Assembly: GCF_018350175.1 (NCBI RefSeq)
Contig: NC_058382.1
Span: 51,958,001-52,022,000 of the forward strand
Reading direction: 5' to 3'
Source: Felis catus
Lineage: Eukaryota
DNA length: 64,000 bases
Shown here: piece after piece, positions 50,257 through 64,000 of the stretch
Numbering within the stretch: the first letter of the stretch is position 1
How the letters are laid out: the number at the start of each line of letters is the position of its first letter
Position numbers and translations under genes: made by a program
The notes under the pieces: generated by a model
Databases searched by the model: none
Told to the model about the DNA's origin: nothing
Seen by the model: only the letters and a program-made list of their open reading frames with translations

Positions 50257-51475
50257 GTAAGCTGCTGTGCGGGGCAGTTTCTGAGCGTGGAAGAGGTGGG
50301 GGAAAGTGAGGGAGCGGGGACACAAGTAGGGATATTGCAGGTGCAAGGGGCTACCTTCTCGGGCAGATTACAAGTTTCTTAAGGGCAGGGACCATGTCTT
50401 CAGAGGCAGCATGATATCAAGGTATGAGTTGGGGCACCAGATCTCTGCCACTTGCTACTTCTTCATACTCAACCTCTCGGCCTCTGTTTTCACATGTGTA
50501 TAATGGGGATATGAAGAGTCTCCTCCTCCAGGGGTCATTGTGAGATTCAATGAGTTAATTGTCTAGAGTGTTTGGTAAGAGCTGAATGAATGATATTGGC
50601 CATTATTTTCTATACTTGGCCCAGAAGACAAACATAATAATTTCTTAATGTTTTTAAATTGATGCAAAAAATTGAAGAAAGTGCAACAATCAGTTAATTA
50701 CCTTCAGCACAAAGGCTGATTCAGATCGGTGCCGCAGAGTAGTGGAGAAGACAGTAACGGATGGGGCAGATTTACTTAGTTCAAACCCAGGTTGCACCAT
50801 TTTTTAGGCTCTACAGATAAATTAGGAAAGTTCCTACCCTTTGCCTACCTTGCTGGCAAAATGGAGAAAATAATAGTATCGGTCTCTTAGGGTTTTTGTG
50901 ATAAGCAAATAACCCACAGAAAGTTTTTAGCACAGTGCCTGCAACATAGTATCATTTGCTCACAGTTACTAGGGAACATGCAGCAGTCCCTGTTCTAAGC
51001 ATTTGCAGGCATTATCTCATGCAATCTTTCCCTCACCCTTCCAAGAGGCAGGCATTAACGTTACCGGCACTTTCTGGTTGGGGAAACTGAGATCTAATTG
51101 CATTAGATCTTAGGGGCAGAGCCTGACTTGGATAGGCTCCTGACTTGCATAAGCGGCCATTATGCCGCCTCCAGCTGGGTTGTAGGGCTATTTTTAGCAG
51201 TCCCTAGAGATGGAGAAAGCACTGGGACAAAGAGAAAGGCAAAGATGAAAAGATTAGAACTGTTGTGGGTTTTTGGTGTTTTTAAAAGGAGATTTGGAGT
51301 TTGAAAGAGGAAAGAAAGAAATTACCCTTGTGTTTTCAGCTGAAGAAATAGAGGTTGAAGTTCAGATTTTTACCCAAACACCCGCTGGAAATAGGGGGTG
51401 AAATGAGCATTCAGTTCTGTCAGACCCTGGGACCCAGAGCCCCCTCACCGCCCCCATCACCTTCTGCATCTCATG

Positions 51476-51610
51476 CACACACATACACACACACACACAG
51501 ATTCACACAGGCGCGCACACACACACACACACACAGACATGTACATACAGATATACACACACACACAGAACAGACATAAACACAAAGACACAGACACACA
51601 CAGACGCACA
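51476..51610. repeat. Imperfect (CA)n low-complexity tract
   Basis: Interrupted CA/CAGA repeats. Confidence 0.9.
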
Positions 51611-52846
51611 GTGTTGAGGAAAAGACCTGGTACGTCTCTCTCTGAACTTTCTTGTAAGAATTTGATCACAGTTCTAAGGACCTAGCCCATGAGGAAGGGA
51701 GATGGCAGGGGAATGACTTCTTTGCATGTGATCCATTTTATTTCTGCTAAGTCAACAAAACATGCTGGATTGCCTAGGGGAGCTAAACCAGGCTGTTTAA
51801 GTTTCCCTGTCACAACAAATATTCTCTTGATTTATGAAAAAATAATCAATAAACGTGTGCTGATTTAGATTAGCACAACTCCAAAATATATGCATGGCAT
51901 GGGGCGTTTTGTTTTTTAATTTACATCTACTGTGGCCTTTAGATAAGAGCACCAGAGAAAGCATTTGAAAAAATAACATGATAAGAGAGACACATGATAA
52001 TATGATAAGAGAGACACAATAATTGTGGGCATTTAATGAGTGCCTGCCCTGGGTTAGGCATTATACTAGGAACTTCCTACTCATTACACCGTCTAATTTT
52101 CTCAAAAAAATTATGAGGGTAAACTTCAAGACAGTAGATTGGACATATACATTTATAGCCACTTTCTCCCAAAAACTCATTAAAATGACAAAAAAGTAAT
52201 ACTTTTATCTTGCTTTGGTAAATAAATATTTAAGGAGAAAGGAAGAAGGAGAGGAAATTATAAAAAGAACATTTTGGAATCTGGAAAGCAAAGTAAGTTG
52301 GTGTTGGTGAACTTCTTCGATTAGGCTTGGGTCAAGCGGCAGGAACACCCACTTTAAGAGTGGTTGAAACCCGTGCAGTTTATTTCTCTCAAATAAATAT
52401 GAAATTGGGAGTAAAGAGTTGACATGAGAGTTCTATAAAGTTGTCAGTCAGCCTTTTTTTGTGGCTTTCTTCATTTCCCTGGATGCAAGTGTTACCTCAT
52501 GGCCCAAGGAGGCTGCTTAAGCTCCAGGCATCACATCCATTTTCCAGCTGGCAGTGAGGAGGACGGGGGGGGGGGTGCAGTTGGCGTGCACCTTCCTTTA
52601 AAGACTCTTTTGTTTTAGGTTTTTATCCTATGTCTTTCACCCAAGACACCAATCTCTATTAAAGATAGATGTTATCCGGCTTGAGTAAGCCATTTTAGTA
52701 TCTATCTTTATGATTAACCAGAGCCTAGTGAACTGACATTTATTAAACAGATGTTGTACCTGAAATTTACTCAGCTTTGGAGTCTAAAGCACCTAGCCTT
52801 GTGCTAAATACTTCTTAGGAATGCTGGCTCCAGGAACAGCTTTGGA

Positions 52847-52871
52847 GACACATACACACACACAGACAGAT

Positions 52872-52932
<61 letters not shown>

Positions 52933-52940
52933 CACACACA
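52847..52940. repeat. (CA)n microsatellite
   Basis: Long, mostly pure CA tract. Confidence 0.95.
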
Positions 52941-53899
52941 GACCATAGCCATGTAATTTTATGCCCTTCGTCTGGGCGTGCTTGTCTGCATTAAGGGGGA
53001 GGTGAGACTGGAAGCATGAAATGAGATGCTGTGTATAAACCTGAGCAGCGTAAGTATCATTGCAGATTCCAGTCTCCTTTCTTCCTTTCACCCTTCTGGG
53101 GGCCCCAGGAGGGCACACTGACAAACAGCAGTAAGGATCCTTTGTCTAAAAATGGGATTTTTACAGTCTGCAAGTTCACTACCGTGATTTCGTGCGGAGC
53201 CTGCGGTGAAGAATCAGAGAAAACCAGGTTCTAGTGGGGCGTTGCACGTCTCTGATTTGGAGGCAAGCTTTTTACCTCTCTAAGCCTCAGTTCTCCCATC
53301 CGTAAAGCGGGGATTATAGCTATCCCGGCCTCATCAGGTGGCTGGTAGAATGACATAATTCGTCGTGAGTGCTTAGCGCAGTGCTTGGAACGGAGTATGT
53401 GTTCGATGAATGCCAGCTGTAATTTCTCCGTGGGGGCTGTTAGTCCCATTAGGGGGAAAAACTGAAGTTTGGGGAATCCACAAAGACTTATTAGTAACTA
53501 GTATCAGCAATAATCATTTAGGGAAAACTTACTATGTGTGTGAACTCACATAATCTTTATCTCAGCCCCAAGAGGCAGACGTTGACAACCCCCATTTTCC
53601 AGATGGGGAAACTGAGGCCTAATGTAGTTACCCTCACGTTGAGATATGATAGTGGCTGCCAACCCTTTGATGTTCAACAAGCTTTGACTAAAATCTACGT
53701 GGGCGAAGGTCTGTGCTGGACTTCATACTTGGAAGCCAGGGACTGCAGGATGAGTGGAGTTGGGGGCACAGCATGTAAGCGGATGGTTCTTACAGACATA
53801 GAGGAAATGGACATAATCAGACGGTTTCAATATTACATGCTAACAGCTACGTGGAAGGAGACACGGGATTCCACCTGTGTGAAGGCCAAAGGAGGGTGT

Positions 53900-54430
53900 A
53901 CCAACGACAGAAGCTATGGCTGCTAACCCAATGACCCCCAACATACACCAACAGTGAGTCTGTCTTTCCTCACGCAGTTTCTGAGGGTCAGGCTTTCAGG
54001 AATGGCTTAGCAGGATGGTTCTGGCTCAGGGTCTCTCATGAAGTGACTTTAAGGTGTCAGTCAAGACTGCAGGCACCCGAAGGTTTTGATCAGGGCTGGG
54101 AGCTGCTTTCATGGTGGTTTGCTCACGGCCAGCAAGGCGAGGCTGGCTACTGGCTGGAGACCTCAGCTCTTCCTCCTGCGGGCCCCTCCACTTGCCTGTT
54201 CCACGTCATCCGGCCGGTTTCCCCGCAGCAAGTGACCCAAGGGAGAACAAGGAGGCAGCCACAACATCTTTTATGATGAAGGCTGGCAAGTCCCGTGTCC
54301 TTGCCGTGACACTCGACACAACACACAGACGGTCCTATTTAGTGTGGGAGGGGACTGCATGAGAGCGGGAACACCGGGGTGGCCGTGGGGGGTCACCGGG
54401 CCACCTTGGAGGCTGGTTACCACAGTGGTC
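53900..54430 (-). mobile_element. MLT1-type MaLR LTR
   Basis: ctcacgcagtttctgagggtcagg...ggcttagcaggatggttctggctcagggtctctcatga...ggaggctggttaccaca; a similar copy lies at about 44960-45430. Confidence 0.7.
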
Positions 54431-54889
54431 GGTTAGCTCTGTTGGGAATTCAAGGAAGACTTTCTGGAGGCGGTCATGCCTGAAACAGCGAAGTTGGGAA
54501 CGAGGGTTCATACCCCGGGATGCACAGAACTCAAGGAGTCTGTGACCTTGGATGGAGGAAAATTGCTTCTTGACTTTCACAAACCTATGCCTGAAGTTGA
54601 GCATTTCCTTCCATTATAAATGCAGGAAACTAACACAGTACCTGTGATTTTCGTCATCAGTAGAAATCCCAGATATTTTCTCCCATGACTACTGTTGAAG
54701 ATACCTTCAAATATTATTAGCGCTAATCAGTACTTTAAAATCATGGTGATTGATAGACCTACCAGCAGATCTTGATATTTCATGCATGTTAATGAAGCAC
54801 AGGTATTATTATCTAACAATTTTGTTACTATTTTAATAATTGTCTTTCAATATACTTGCGTTTACAATTCTATGTATTTTATTTTATTT

Positions 54890-55062
54890 ATTTAGTTTTT
54901 ACGTTTTGATTTACCCTAACAGGGGGCTCGAACTCACAACCCTGAGATCAAGAGTCACATGCTCTTCTGAATGAGCCAGCCAGGTGTCGCTCTATGTATT
55001 TTTTTTTTAATTTTTAATGTGTATTTATGATTGAGAGACAAGAGTGTGGGCATGGAAGGGGC

Positions 55063-55101
<39 letters not shown>

Positions 55102-56175
55102 GAGACACAGAATCTGCAGCAGGCTCCAGGCTGTCAGCCGTCAGCACAGAGCCCAATGCGGGGCTCGAACCCACAGACTATGAGATCATGACCTGAGTGG
55201 AAGTCTGACGCTCAACCGACTGAGCCACCCAGGCGCCCCTGTATGTATTTTATTTTATCCACTTACAGATGTTATTCTGAGAAAGAACCATAGAGGTCAC
55301 TGACTGCCGAGCAGGTCCGTAAGACACACACAAAGGGGCGTGAAGCAGGAGACTAGGAATCCTGCGGTTGGGGAAGGGCATTAGAGGCAGAGAACACCAC
55401 GAGACAACGTGCAGGCCTCTGTGTATGTGTATTGCTAACAGCCTCAAGAAGGGGAAGGAGGCAGATGAGGCTGTGAACGCAAACATGGACCAAGTTCACA
55501 AAAATTCAGGTTGCAGAACGTGCACGTGATACCACTGTGGTAGTAAAGGCCTGAGATACGGGGGCCCCGGAAATGTTAGTTTTATTTATGTACTTACTCA
55601 TGCATTTAGTTAAAAATGAGCTTTTGAGAATACATAATCCGTGCACAAATTGCAACATTGCAAGTGGGAACAGTGAAAGCCTTCCTCTCGTCACTCTGGG
55701 CTAGGACTTTGGAATGCTCTCTCATCTGGAAGCCACCCCTAGCTTCTTTTATAGCCTCAAGAAAGGGAGGGTAAAGAAAGGGCTGTTTGGAGTTGCATTT
55801 TAAACAGCTGGCTGTTGATCTACGTGCCCACAGAAGACAGGCTTTATGGAGAAGCTGTGGGGAGGGTGAGAGGCAGGGCTAGGAATGTCTGGGAGGGTAT
55901 GTGACTCTTTCCTTTCCAAAAGAATTTACCACAAATGTGCTGGAACATCCCACGAGTGCGAGTAAACACAGTTCATCTGGTTGAGTTCAGATTTCCTATG
56001 CTAATCATGGGAGGCCGTAGAGAAAGGTAATTAATAGAATACAGACCTCATGGGGTGTCTGGGTGGCTCAGTGGGGTAAACATCCGACTCCTGATTTTGG
56101 CTCAGGTCATGATCTCAGTCTGTGAGTTTGAGCCCCACACTGGGGGCTCCAGTGACAGCGTAGAGCCTGTTTGGG

Positions 56176-56223
<48 letters not shown>

Positions 56224-58683
56224 CCTCCCCCACTGTCTCTCTCAAAATAAATAAATAAACTTAAAAACAAAAGAGACTTCTGGGGTGCCTGGGTGGCTCA
56301 GTCGGTTAAGCGTCCGACTTCGGCTCCGGTCAAGATCTAACGGTTCATGAGTTTGAGCCCCATGTCGGGCTCTGTGCTGACAGCTCAGAGCCTGAAGCCT
56401 GCTTCCAGTTCTCTGTCTCCCTCTCTCTCTGCCCCACCCCTGCTTGTGCTCTGTCTCTGTCTCTCAAAAATGAATAAACGTTTTAAAAAAATAAAAAAAA
56501 AACAGACTTCAGAACTCAGAGAACTGGGTATAGTCTCTGCTCTATCTGTGGCCAAATCTGTGATGTATTTGCTAATCTGAACCTTAGTTTATCTCTTTTT
56601 TTTATTAAAAAAGATATTTTTTTTACATTTATATATTTTTTGAGAGACAGAGAGAGACAGAGATAGCACAAGCAAGGGAGGGGCAGAGAGAGAATAAGAC
56701 ACAGAATCCGAAGCAGGCTCCAGGCTCCGAGCTGTCAGCACGGAGCCCAATGCGGGGCTTGAACTCACAAACTGCGAGATCATGACCTGAGCTGAAGCTG
56801 GACGCTTAACCGACTAAGCCACCGAGGCGCCCCTGAACCTTAGTTTATCTCTTATAGAGTGAGGCCAATGATACCCAGCTCTACATGTTTGTCACAATGG
56901 CGTATGTGATAATGTTTGTGAAAACCTTCATGTAATTATGCATATGCTTCAAAGTCAGATATAAAAGCAAAGTTGTGCTTCCTGGTTGAGTTTTAAAGTT
57001 CTTAAAGTCCTTTGGGCATCTAGCCAGCTCAGTGGGAAGAGCACGCTACTCGATCTCAGGGCTGCAAGTTCCAGCCCCATGTTGGGTGTAGAGCTTCCTT
57101 AAAAATAAAAACCTTAAAAAAAATAAAATTCTAAAAGTTCACTTCAGTTCACTCATAACAACAATGACAACAGCTAACGCAATAATCTTGCCTTGTGCCC
57201 GACACTTGAAGCAGGGGGCGGAGGACTTTAAGCAGAACAGCCTCCTCACCACAGTTTTCCAGTGACTGGGACATCGGGACCGCCTCCCTGGAGGGTAATT
57301 CTTCTCCCTGTGGGGCAGAAGGTAGCCAGGCATGAAGTTAGGCTGAAGTAGAATTCTGAGAATGGTCAGAGGTGAGCAGTTATATACTAAGGCGACATTG
57401 AAACTTGAGACCTTGGCAAGTAAATACAACAAATAAAATTTCCAAAGGTGAGGATCTGATTTCGAGAGGTCACCGCAGTGGAAATGCAATCACCAGGGGA
57501 GAGTGCCTAGCTGTGGGCTGGAGACAATGAGTCTGATCACTTAGTCCCTGAGTCTGATCACTTAGTCCCAAGGACTTTGATAATACAAAGCAATCAGTGT
57601 CTCCTAATGCCTCAGGGAATCAGGTTCTCTCTTTAAAGCACATGTTGCAGGAGGTTAACAATGACTATACGGAGGTGTGCGTGTTGGGGGGGGGATGGTA
57701 ATATAGACATTCACTGTACTTGTGTCAAGTTTTCTCCATGTTTGAGAAATTTCATAAGAAGACAGGTTGGGAGGGGCACCTAGGTGGCTCAGCCGGTTGA
57801 GGGTCCCACTCTGGATTTCAGCTGAGGTCATGATCTCATGGTTGTGAGATCAAGTCCTGCATTGGGTTCTGAGGTGAGCGTGGAGGCTGCTTGGGATTCT
57901 CTCTCCCTCTCAAAATAAATAAAGACATGCTGAGTAAAAGGAACAAAACAGACCACCAGAAAATAAATAAAAGTAGAACAGATATAATATTACAAAAAAT
58001 AGTACTTTAAGTGAAATATGTTCAGTTTCATGAAAAATTCATTTCTTTTACTTTATTTTTCTCACTTTCCCCTGGAAGAGTGGCAATCCCTGGGCACCCA
58101 TCTGTGGACCAGCACAGGGGACCCCTTGTGGTGGAAAGAAAGCACAGGGGGAAGGTGGTTGAGAGGGTGAGTTTGGGGGCTAGTCCTCTTGTCTGGATTC
58201 TAATTCCAGCACCTGCTGGCTCTCGCTCTCTGAGTGACTGTGGGCAAGTTACTTAAATTCCTTGTGACCCAGTTTCCTCATCTGTAAAAACAGAGCTTGA
58301 TAAGAGAATAAGGGAAGTTAAGTGACTTGGCCACTATAAGTGACGTTGGCTGAGTTTGGTCCCAAAGAGAATTATAGGAAATCCTATCCCTGAAATTTCC
58401 CCTTGTCTCAGTACACCTGTACATTTTGGTTCAAACTTCTCTTAAAACCCTCAAACCATAGTTCTTTGCCTGTAGGTGGGTTTTTTTTTTTTTTTTTTTT
58501 TGTATAATGTTTCTTTATTTTTGAGTCAGAGAGAGACACAGCATGAAAGACACAGAATCTGAAGCAGGCTTCAGACCCTGAGCTGTCAACACAGAGCCCA
58601 ACACAGGGCTTGAACCCACGAACCATGAGATCATGATCCGAACTGAAGTTGGAAGCTTAACCGACTGAGCCACCCAGGTGCCC
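54890..58683. mobile_element. Cluster of about 8 CanSINEs upstream of WWOX (about 54890-54990, 55000-55238, 56052-56270, 56282-56505, 56595-56833, 57014-57130, 57774-57922, 58480-58683)
   Basis: SINEC heads and tails in both orientations; several have TSDs (e.g. tgaaccttagtttatctc). Confidence 0.85.
57528..57569. repeat. Perfect 21-bp tandem duplication
   Basis: tgagtctgatcacttagtccc occurs twice. Confidence 0.95.
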
Positions 58684-60182
58684 TGTACGTCTGTGGGTCT
58701 TATCCTAACCGACTGGTTTCTAGATGCAGGGGATGTTTTGTTTTTCTTGTTGTTTTTTTTTTTTTCCTCAGACACATGGCATAGTTTTTTCTCACTCATT
58801 GTGTGTTTGAATGAGTAAGTGAAATACAAACACGCCTTACTATGTAAGGCCACAATGCTCAGGACAGTGTCGCCTGAGAATCCTGCCTAGTATTCTTCCT
58901 TATTGGTTACCTCCCACGAGAAGTTTGTCAGGAGTCAGGAAGCTTCCCAAGTCTCATTAGCCTATGGAGTTTGGCACAAAAACATGAAGCTTAATTTCTC
59001 AAAGAATGGCGATTTCAGGTGTACCCGGCTTGCAGAATTGTTGGGGTGTTTGTGTGTGCGTTTGTGGGGGCAGGGATGGCCAGCATCACAGTAATGACAT
59101 GACCTAATGACATGTGGCCCTGGGGATATTACACTAAAACTTGTGTCCCCTGCGAGTAATGACAAAACCGCTCTTAGCAACAATGCATCGATCTATGGTC
59201 ATAAATTGTCACTTCCTGCATAAATGGTCACTCAAAGAGGAAAAGACAATTCAAATATAGAAATCCTTGTCAGAAAGGGTGGGGGGTGGTCTTTGGCCTT
59301 TCAAATCGTGGGCAGATAGGGCCATCTGGTGTGCAGTTACAGAACCACACGTTGAATTTTCCTTTAATCTCCTCACCACCAATCAATGTGATTTAGTTGG
59401 CTTTACCAGAACAAACCGCTCTTTAGGCTTCCTTAGGGGTACATCTTGAGGACCGTGGCTCATTCCCAAACCTAAGGCTCTCCAAACCCATAATAATCGT
59501 ATACACTAACTAAGCTTGCCCTCTTATAGATCCTTGTGAGACCAAAGACAAAGCCATGTGTAAGCTGGAGTTCAAGGGGCACGGAACTGTCAGTAAATAG
59601 AGGAAGCCTGCAAAGAGGGAGCAGAGCAGACAGAGGGGGAGCAAGGAACTGTGAAATCCAAGAGAGGAAAAAGACGGACCTGTCCTTGGGCTCTCAAAGG
59701 CCCTAATAACATTTAATTGAGCTCACATGCACCCTGCATATAAACTTTTGAATTGTTGCTCGCAATCAAGTAAGTATCACCAAAACAGTAGCAGTTTGAG
59801 TGAAGCTAAAAGACTGTAAACTCTAACGTGTGGCAGGCCTACCCTCACAAGTCCCCAAATGCCCGCTTGTCTTACTTCTTTAGCTTTCTGACAGAGGCCA
59901 CAGAGAGGAATAAAATGAGGTCACCATAACCATTTGGGGCCATTAGTATTGTCTGGGCCACTCAGCCTGACTTCTGTCAGCTCATGTCTCTCACCTGTTT
60001 TGAGGGACTAGGAATCGAAGAAACCAGCGCCCTTGGGGAATGCTAGAGAAGGGACAATCTGAGCCAGCAGCGTCTGCCCACCTTGCGAATCTCTGCCCAG
60101 GAAGGGGCTGTTCCATGTCTTAAGTAAATCTCAGCATTTAATTTGTGAGTTAGTAATTTTCTGGCTTCCTGTCAGCGTAGAT

Positions 60183-60388
60183 CAGTGTTCTCAAGCGGGC
60201 ACACGGTTGGCAACAGCCTGGAGACTTGTTAGTTGTTACAGCTTGGGGGAGAGGGATGCCATTGGCATCTAGCAGGTAGAGGCCAGAGATACTGCTAAAT
60301 ATCCTACAACAGGACAGACCTCCCCCTCCCTCCCAACAAAGAATTATCTGGCCTCAAATGTCAGTAGCGCTGAGGTTGAGAAACCCTG
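60183..60388. mobile_element. MER20-like DNA transposon relic
   Basis: cagtgttctcaagc...ggcatctagcaggtagaggccagagatactgctaaatatcctaca...gttgagaaaccctg. Confidence 0.75.
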
Positions 60389-61849
60389 ATGTTCATGGCA
60401 CGAGAAGCCCTGAGGGCATAATTTAAGTAGTAGGAAGAACAGATCGTTGGCCTAGAGGTGGAGAATTTTACCAAGGGGACCACCACCAAGTTTGGGGAAG
60501 ACGCCATACTCTATCACTACCGGTGGCCTGATGCTGAGTCGTAGGTAACAGGTGCCAGCAGAGGTTGTGGTGAGGGCAACCTGAGAGAAACCTAAGCAGT
60601 CATTCCTTGAACAGAGATACAGATTATGATCGGGGGGGACTAAGACTAATCAACTCATTCCATTTATTCTCCTCCCCATCATGAGGAGGCATTGTGACCT
60701 AATCTCTACTTATATGGAAGGAATGAATAGACTTGGGTGACAGAGACGAGGGTTTAAATTGGGGTGAGCAGAAGAGCAGCTCATTAATTAACTTATTTAA
60801 ATGCACATGGATTGGAGAGTGATGTTTTGGTAAATCTGAGATGTGACAGACCTGTGAAAAGTAACATATACTTTCACTAGGTTAGTTCTTGGTTGGGCAC
60901 CTTCAAAGGAAAGCAAGTCTCTTCCCCAAAGAGCATGCAGAGCAGGAATCCCAAAGCCGTATCAATTTTAGGACTTGAACAAGACCAAAAACAACACAGG
61001 CCCCTGCCTCCCCATCCTCCCACCCCCTTAAATACGTAATTTCTCTGATGGGAGGCTTACATACTTCCAAGACCTAGGCCACAGAAATCCTGGTCAGTAG
61101 ACTTCCCTGGAATGCTGAGTTGGGGAGCAAGTTGCAACTGGGGAATGTTCTGGAAAACTCCTTAGGCAAGGCCAAGTTAAAGATACACTTCCAGTTTTTG
61201 ACACAGGACATTTACGGAATACCTGTAGGTGCTCCAAGAGGAATCGAGAGAGCCATTTTGTAAATTGGGAATTTCATTTTAAACTAGGTCGATTTGTCGA
61301 GGGCCAAACCTAAGAAATCACATTGATTCATTCATTTCTTTCCTTCAATAAACTTGTCGGTCTAGGCATTTTACTAAGCGCTGGCGATAGAAAGAAGCGT
61401 AAGACGTGGTGGTGCTCTGTGAGTTCCGTCAGGAGTACGCAGATAAAATAAATAATTGTAATATAAGCAATACAGTCTCCACTGTCGGTCATTCCTCTGT
61501 TCTTTCTTCTAACTCTGCCCACGTGTCCGGTACATGAAAAAGATAAGTCAATGAATTTTTGGCCCATAATTAAGCCCTTTATAAACGTTAGCCTTTTATT
61601 TATAAGCAGTATCTTGCTGTGCCTGGAAAAAACTTTTCCAAGTCTGGGTCATTAGAAGGTGCGGGAGTTCGCATTTTTTAACGCTCCCAGCGTTACAGCG
61701 TTACGATTCCATGTACAAAGAAGTTTGTGAATCAGCCTGGGTGATGGTAAGCTCTGGAAGGTTTCTAAGCAGGAACGTCCACTCTTTATAACGTTCTAGA
61801 AGAAGGAGAGGCCAGAGGCCAGAAAACCAGCAGCCGCATCCCTCCTTTC

Positions 61850-62780
<931 letters not shown>

Positions 62781-64000
62781 TTATTCCCTCGAAAAAAAAA
62801 AAAATCAGGAAAAAAAAAACAACACACAAAAAACCGATGCCTCGGGGGTCTGGGCAGGGAGGGAGCTGGAAGTATGTATTTTAAATAAATCTAATATAGT
62901 TATGTATGTGTGTGTGTATGTACATATATCTATATACACACATATACATCTGTATGCATATATAATAGAGCTCCAGCAGTTTCCCAGCAAAGTTTTGGAA
63001 ACACTAGTAGCAGGCCCTTTCTGCCGTTATTAAGCGTGTGACTTTGGGCCATTGAAAGAACTCTCAGTCTTTTTCATCTGTAAAATGGGTTGACAGGGTT
63101 TTAATTCAGGCCGCGTACATAAAGCACTTAGCACAGATCTCATAAGTACTCCATGCTCAATGATTTCACTTACCCCCAACTACCCTGCAGCCGTGACAGC
63201 ACTGAAGCCTGATATTAGAATCACCTGCCAATGGCCCCAAATACAGATTTCAGAGACCCTCGTGCCGCAGACACCCACCGTGGTTCGGAATCTGTGTTTT
63301 CTAGGCTTTCCACGTAAGGCAGGTTATCAATTGGCTTTGAGAAACGTGGATGTAAATCTGATTTTCAACATCTGGAAAATGTAGAAAATATCTTTTCTTT
63401 AGTTCCTCCTCCAGCGCTTCTCATTTAACTGGTTTGGGCTCTCCCTGCCTCCATTGGTATGTTGTCAAATCCGACTAGGCGAATCTTATCTACCCCAGGT
63501 TGTGAGCCACTGCTGTCTTTGGTTGCTTGGTAGAAAGAAAACCAGAAAAGAAAAAAAAAAAAAAAAAAGGAAGACCTTGGAGAGTTGATTTATTCATGAC
63601 ACATTGGGGTTTTATCACATGCCAGGCTTTTTGCTGGGCGCTGGTTATACTGAGATAAATAAGGCCCAGTTGTCACCCGTTGTTACATGGCAGAGTGACG
63701 CGTGGGCGGTTCCCGTGCAGTCTTTGTATAGTGAGCGGCAGCCTGCTGGCAGGAGGCATGTGTGGGGAGGTGGGGGACACCGCAGGTGAGCCCGAGAGTT
63801 GGCCTCCCAACTCCTGGGCGTGTTCGGGACCGGCCCAGGTGGAGGAAACTGAGCGGAGGCCTCCGTGTGGCCTGAGTGCTGCTGGAGGCGTGGGAAGATT
63901 GAGGCGGCAGAGAAAGTCCGCGTTTTGTCGGGGAGCTGGGGCTCCATCGGCAGGACCCGGGGATCCCCCGAAGGCTTGGATCCAGGGGGTGCCAGGGGGT

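Overview
Mammalian (carnivoran, very probably felid) genomic DNA, judged from CanSINE/SINEC-type SINEs and a cat-type L1. The window holds the complete 3-exon CLEC3A gene (+, CDS 1348-8400, 196 aa) at the left end. The CpG-island promoter and first coding exon of WWOX (+, 62347-62453) lie at the right end, matching the known VAT1L-CLEC3A-WWOX gene order. The interval between them is mostly repeats: about 35 SINEs, a full-length but disabled L1, L1 fragments, nested LTR/ERV remnants, MIR/MER/MLT relics and microsatellites. The main result is a decayed, spliced gene on the + strand that the ORF track does not resolve. It has at least four exons (15217-15657, 23422-23599, 44502-44735, 50044-50256), joined by GT-AG introns (the exon 3 donor is mutated) with mutually consistent phases once the frameshifts are corrected. 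The joined exons give a protein with the three fingerprints of FAD-dependent (PHBH/MICAL-like) monooxygenases in the correct order: GxGxxG, DG and GD. It is disabled by frameshifts and CpG-type TGA stops, so it is a candidate unitary pseudogene of a lost flavoenzyme whose promoter CpG island is still intact. Family assignments come from motif recognition by eye; no database search was run.
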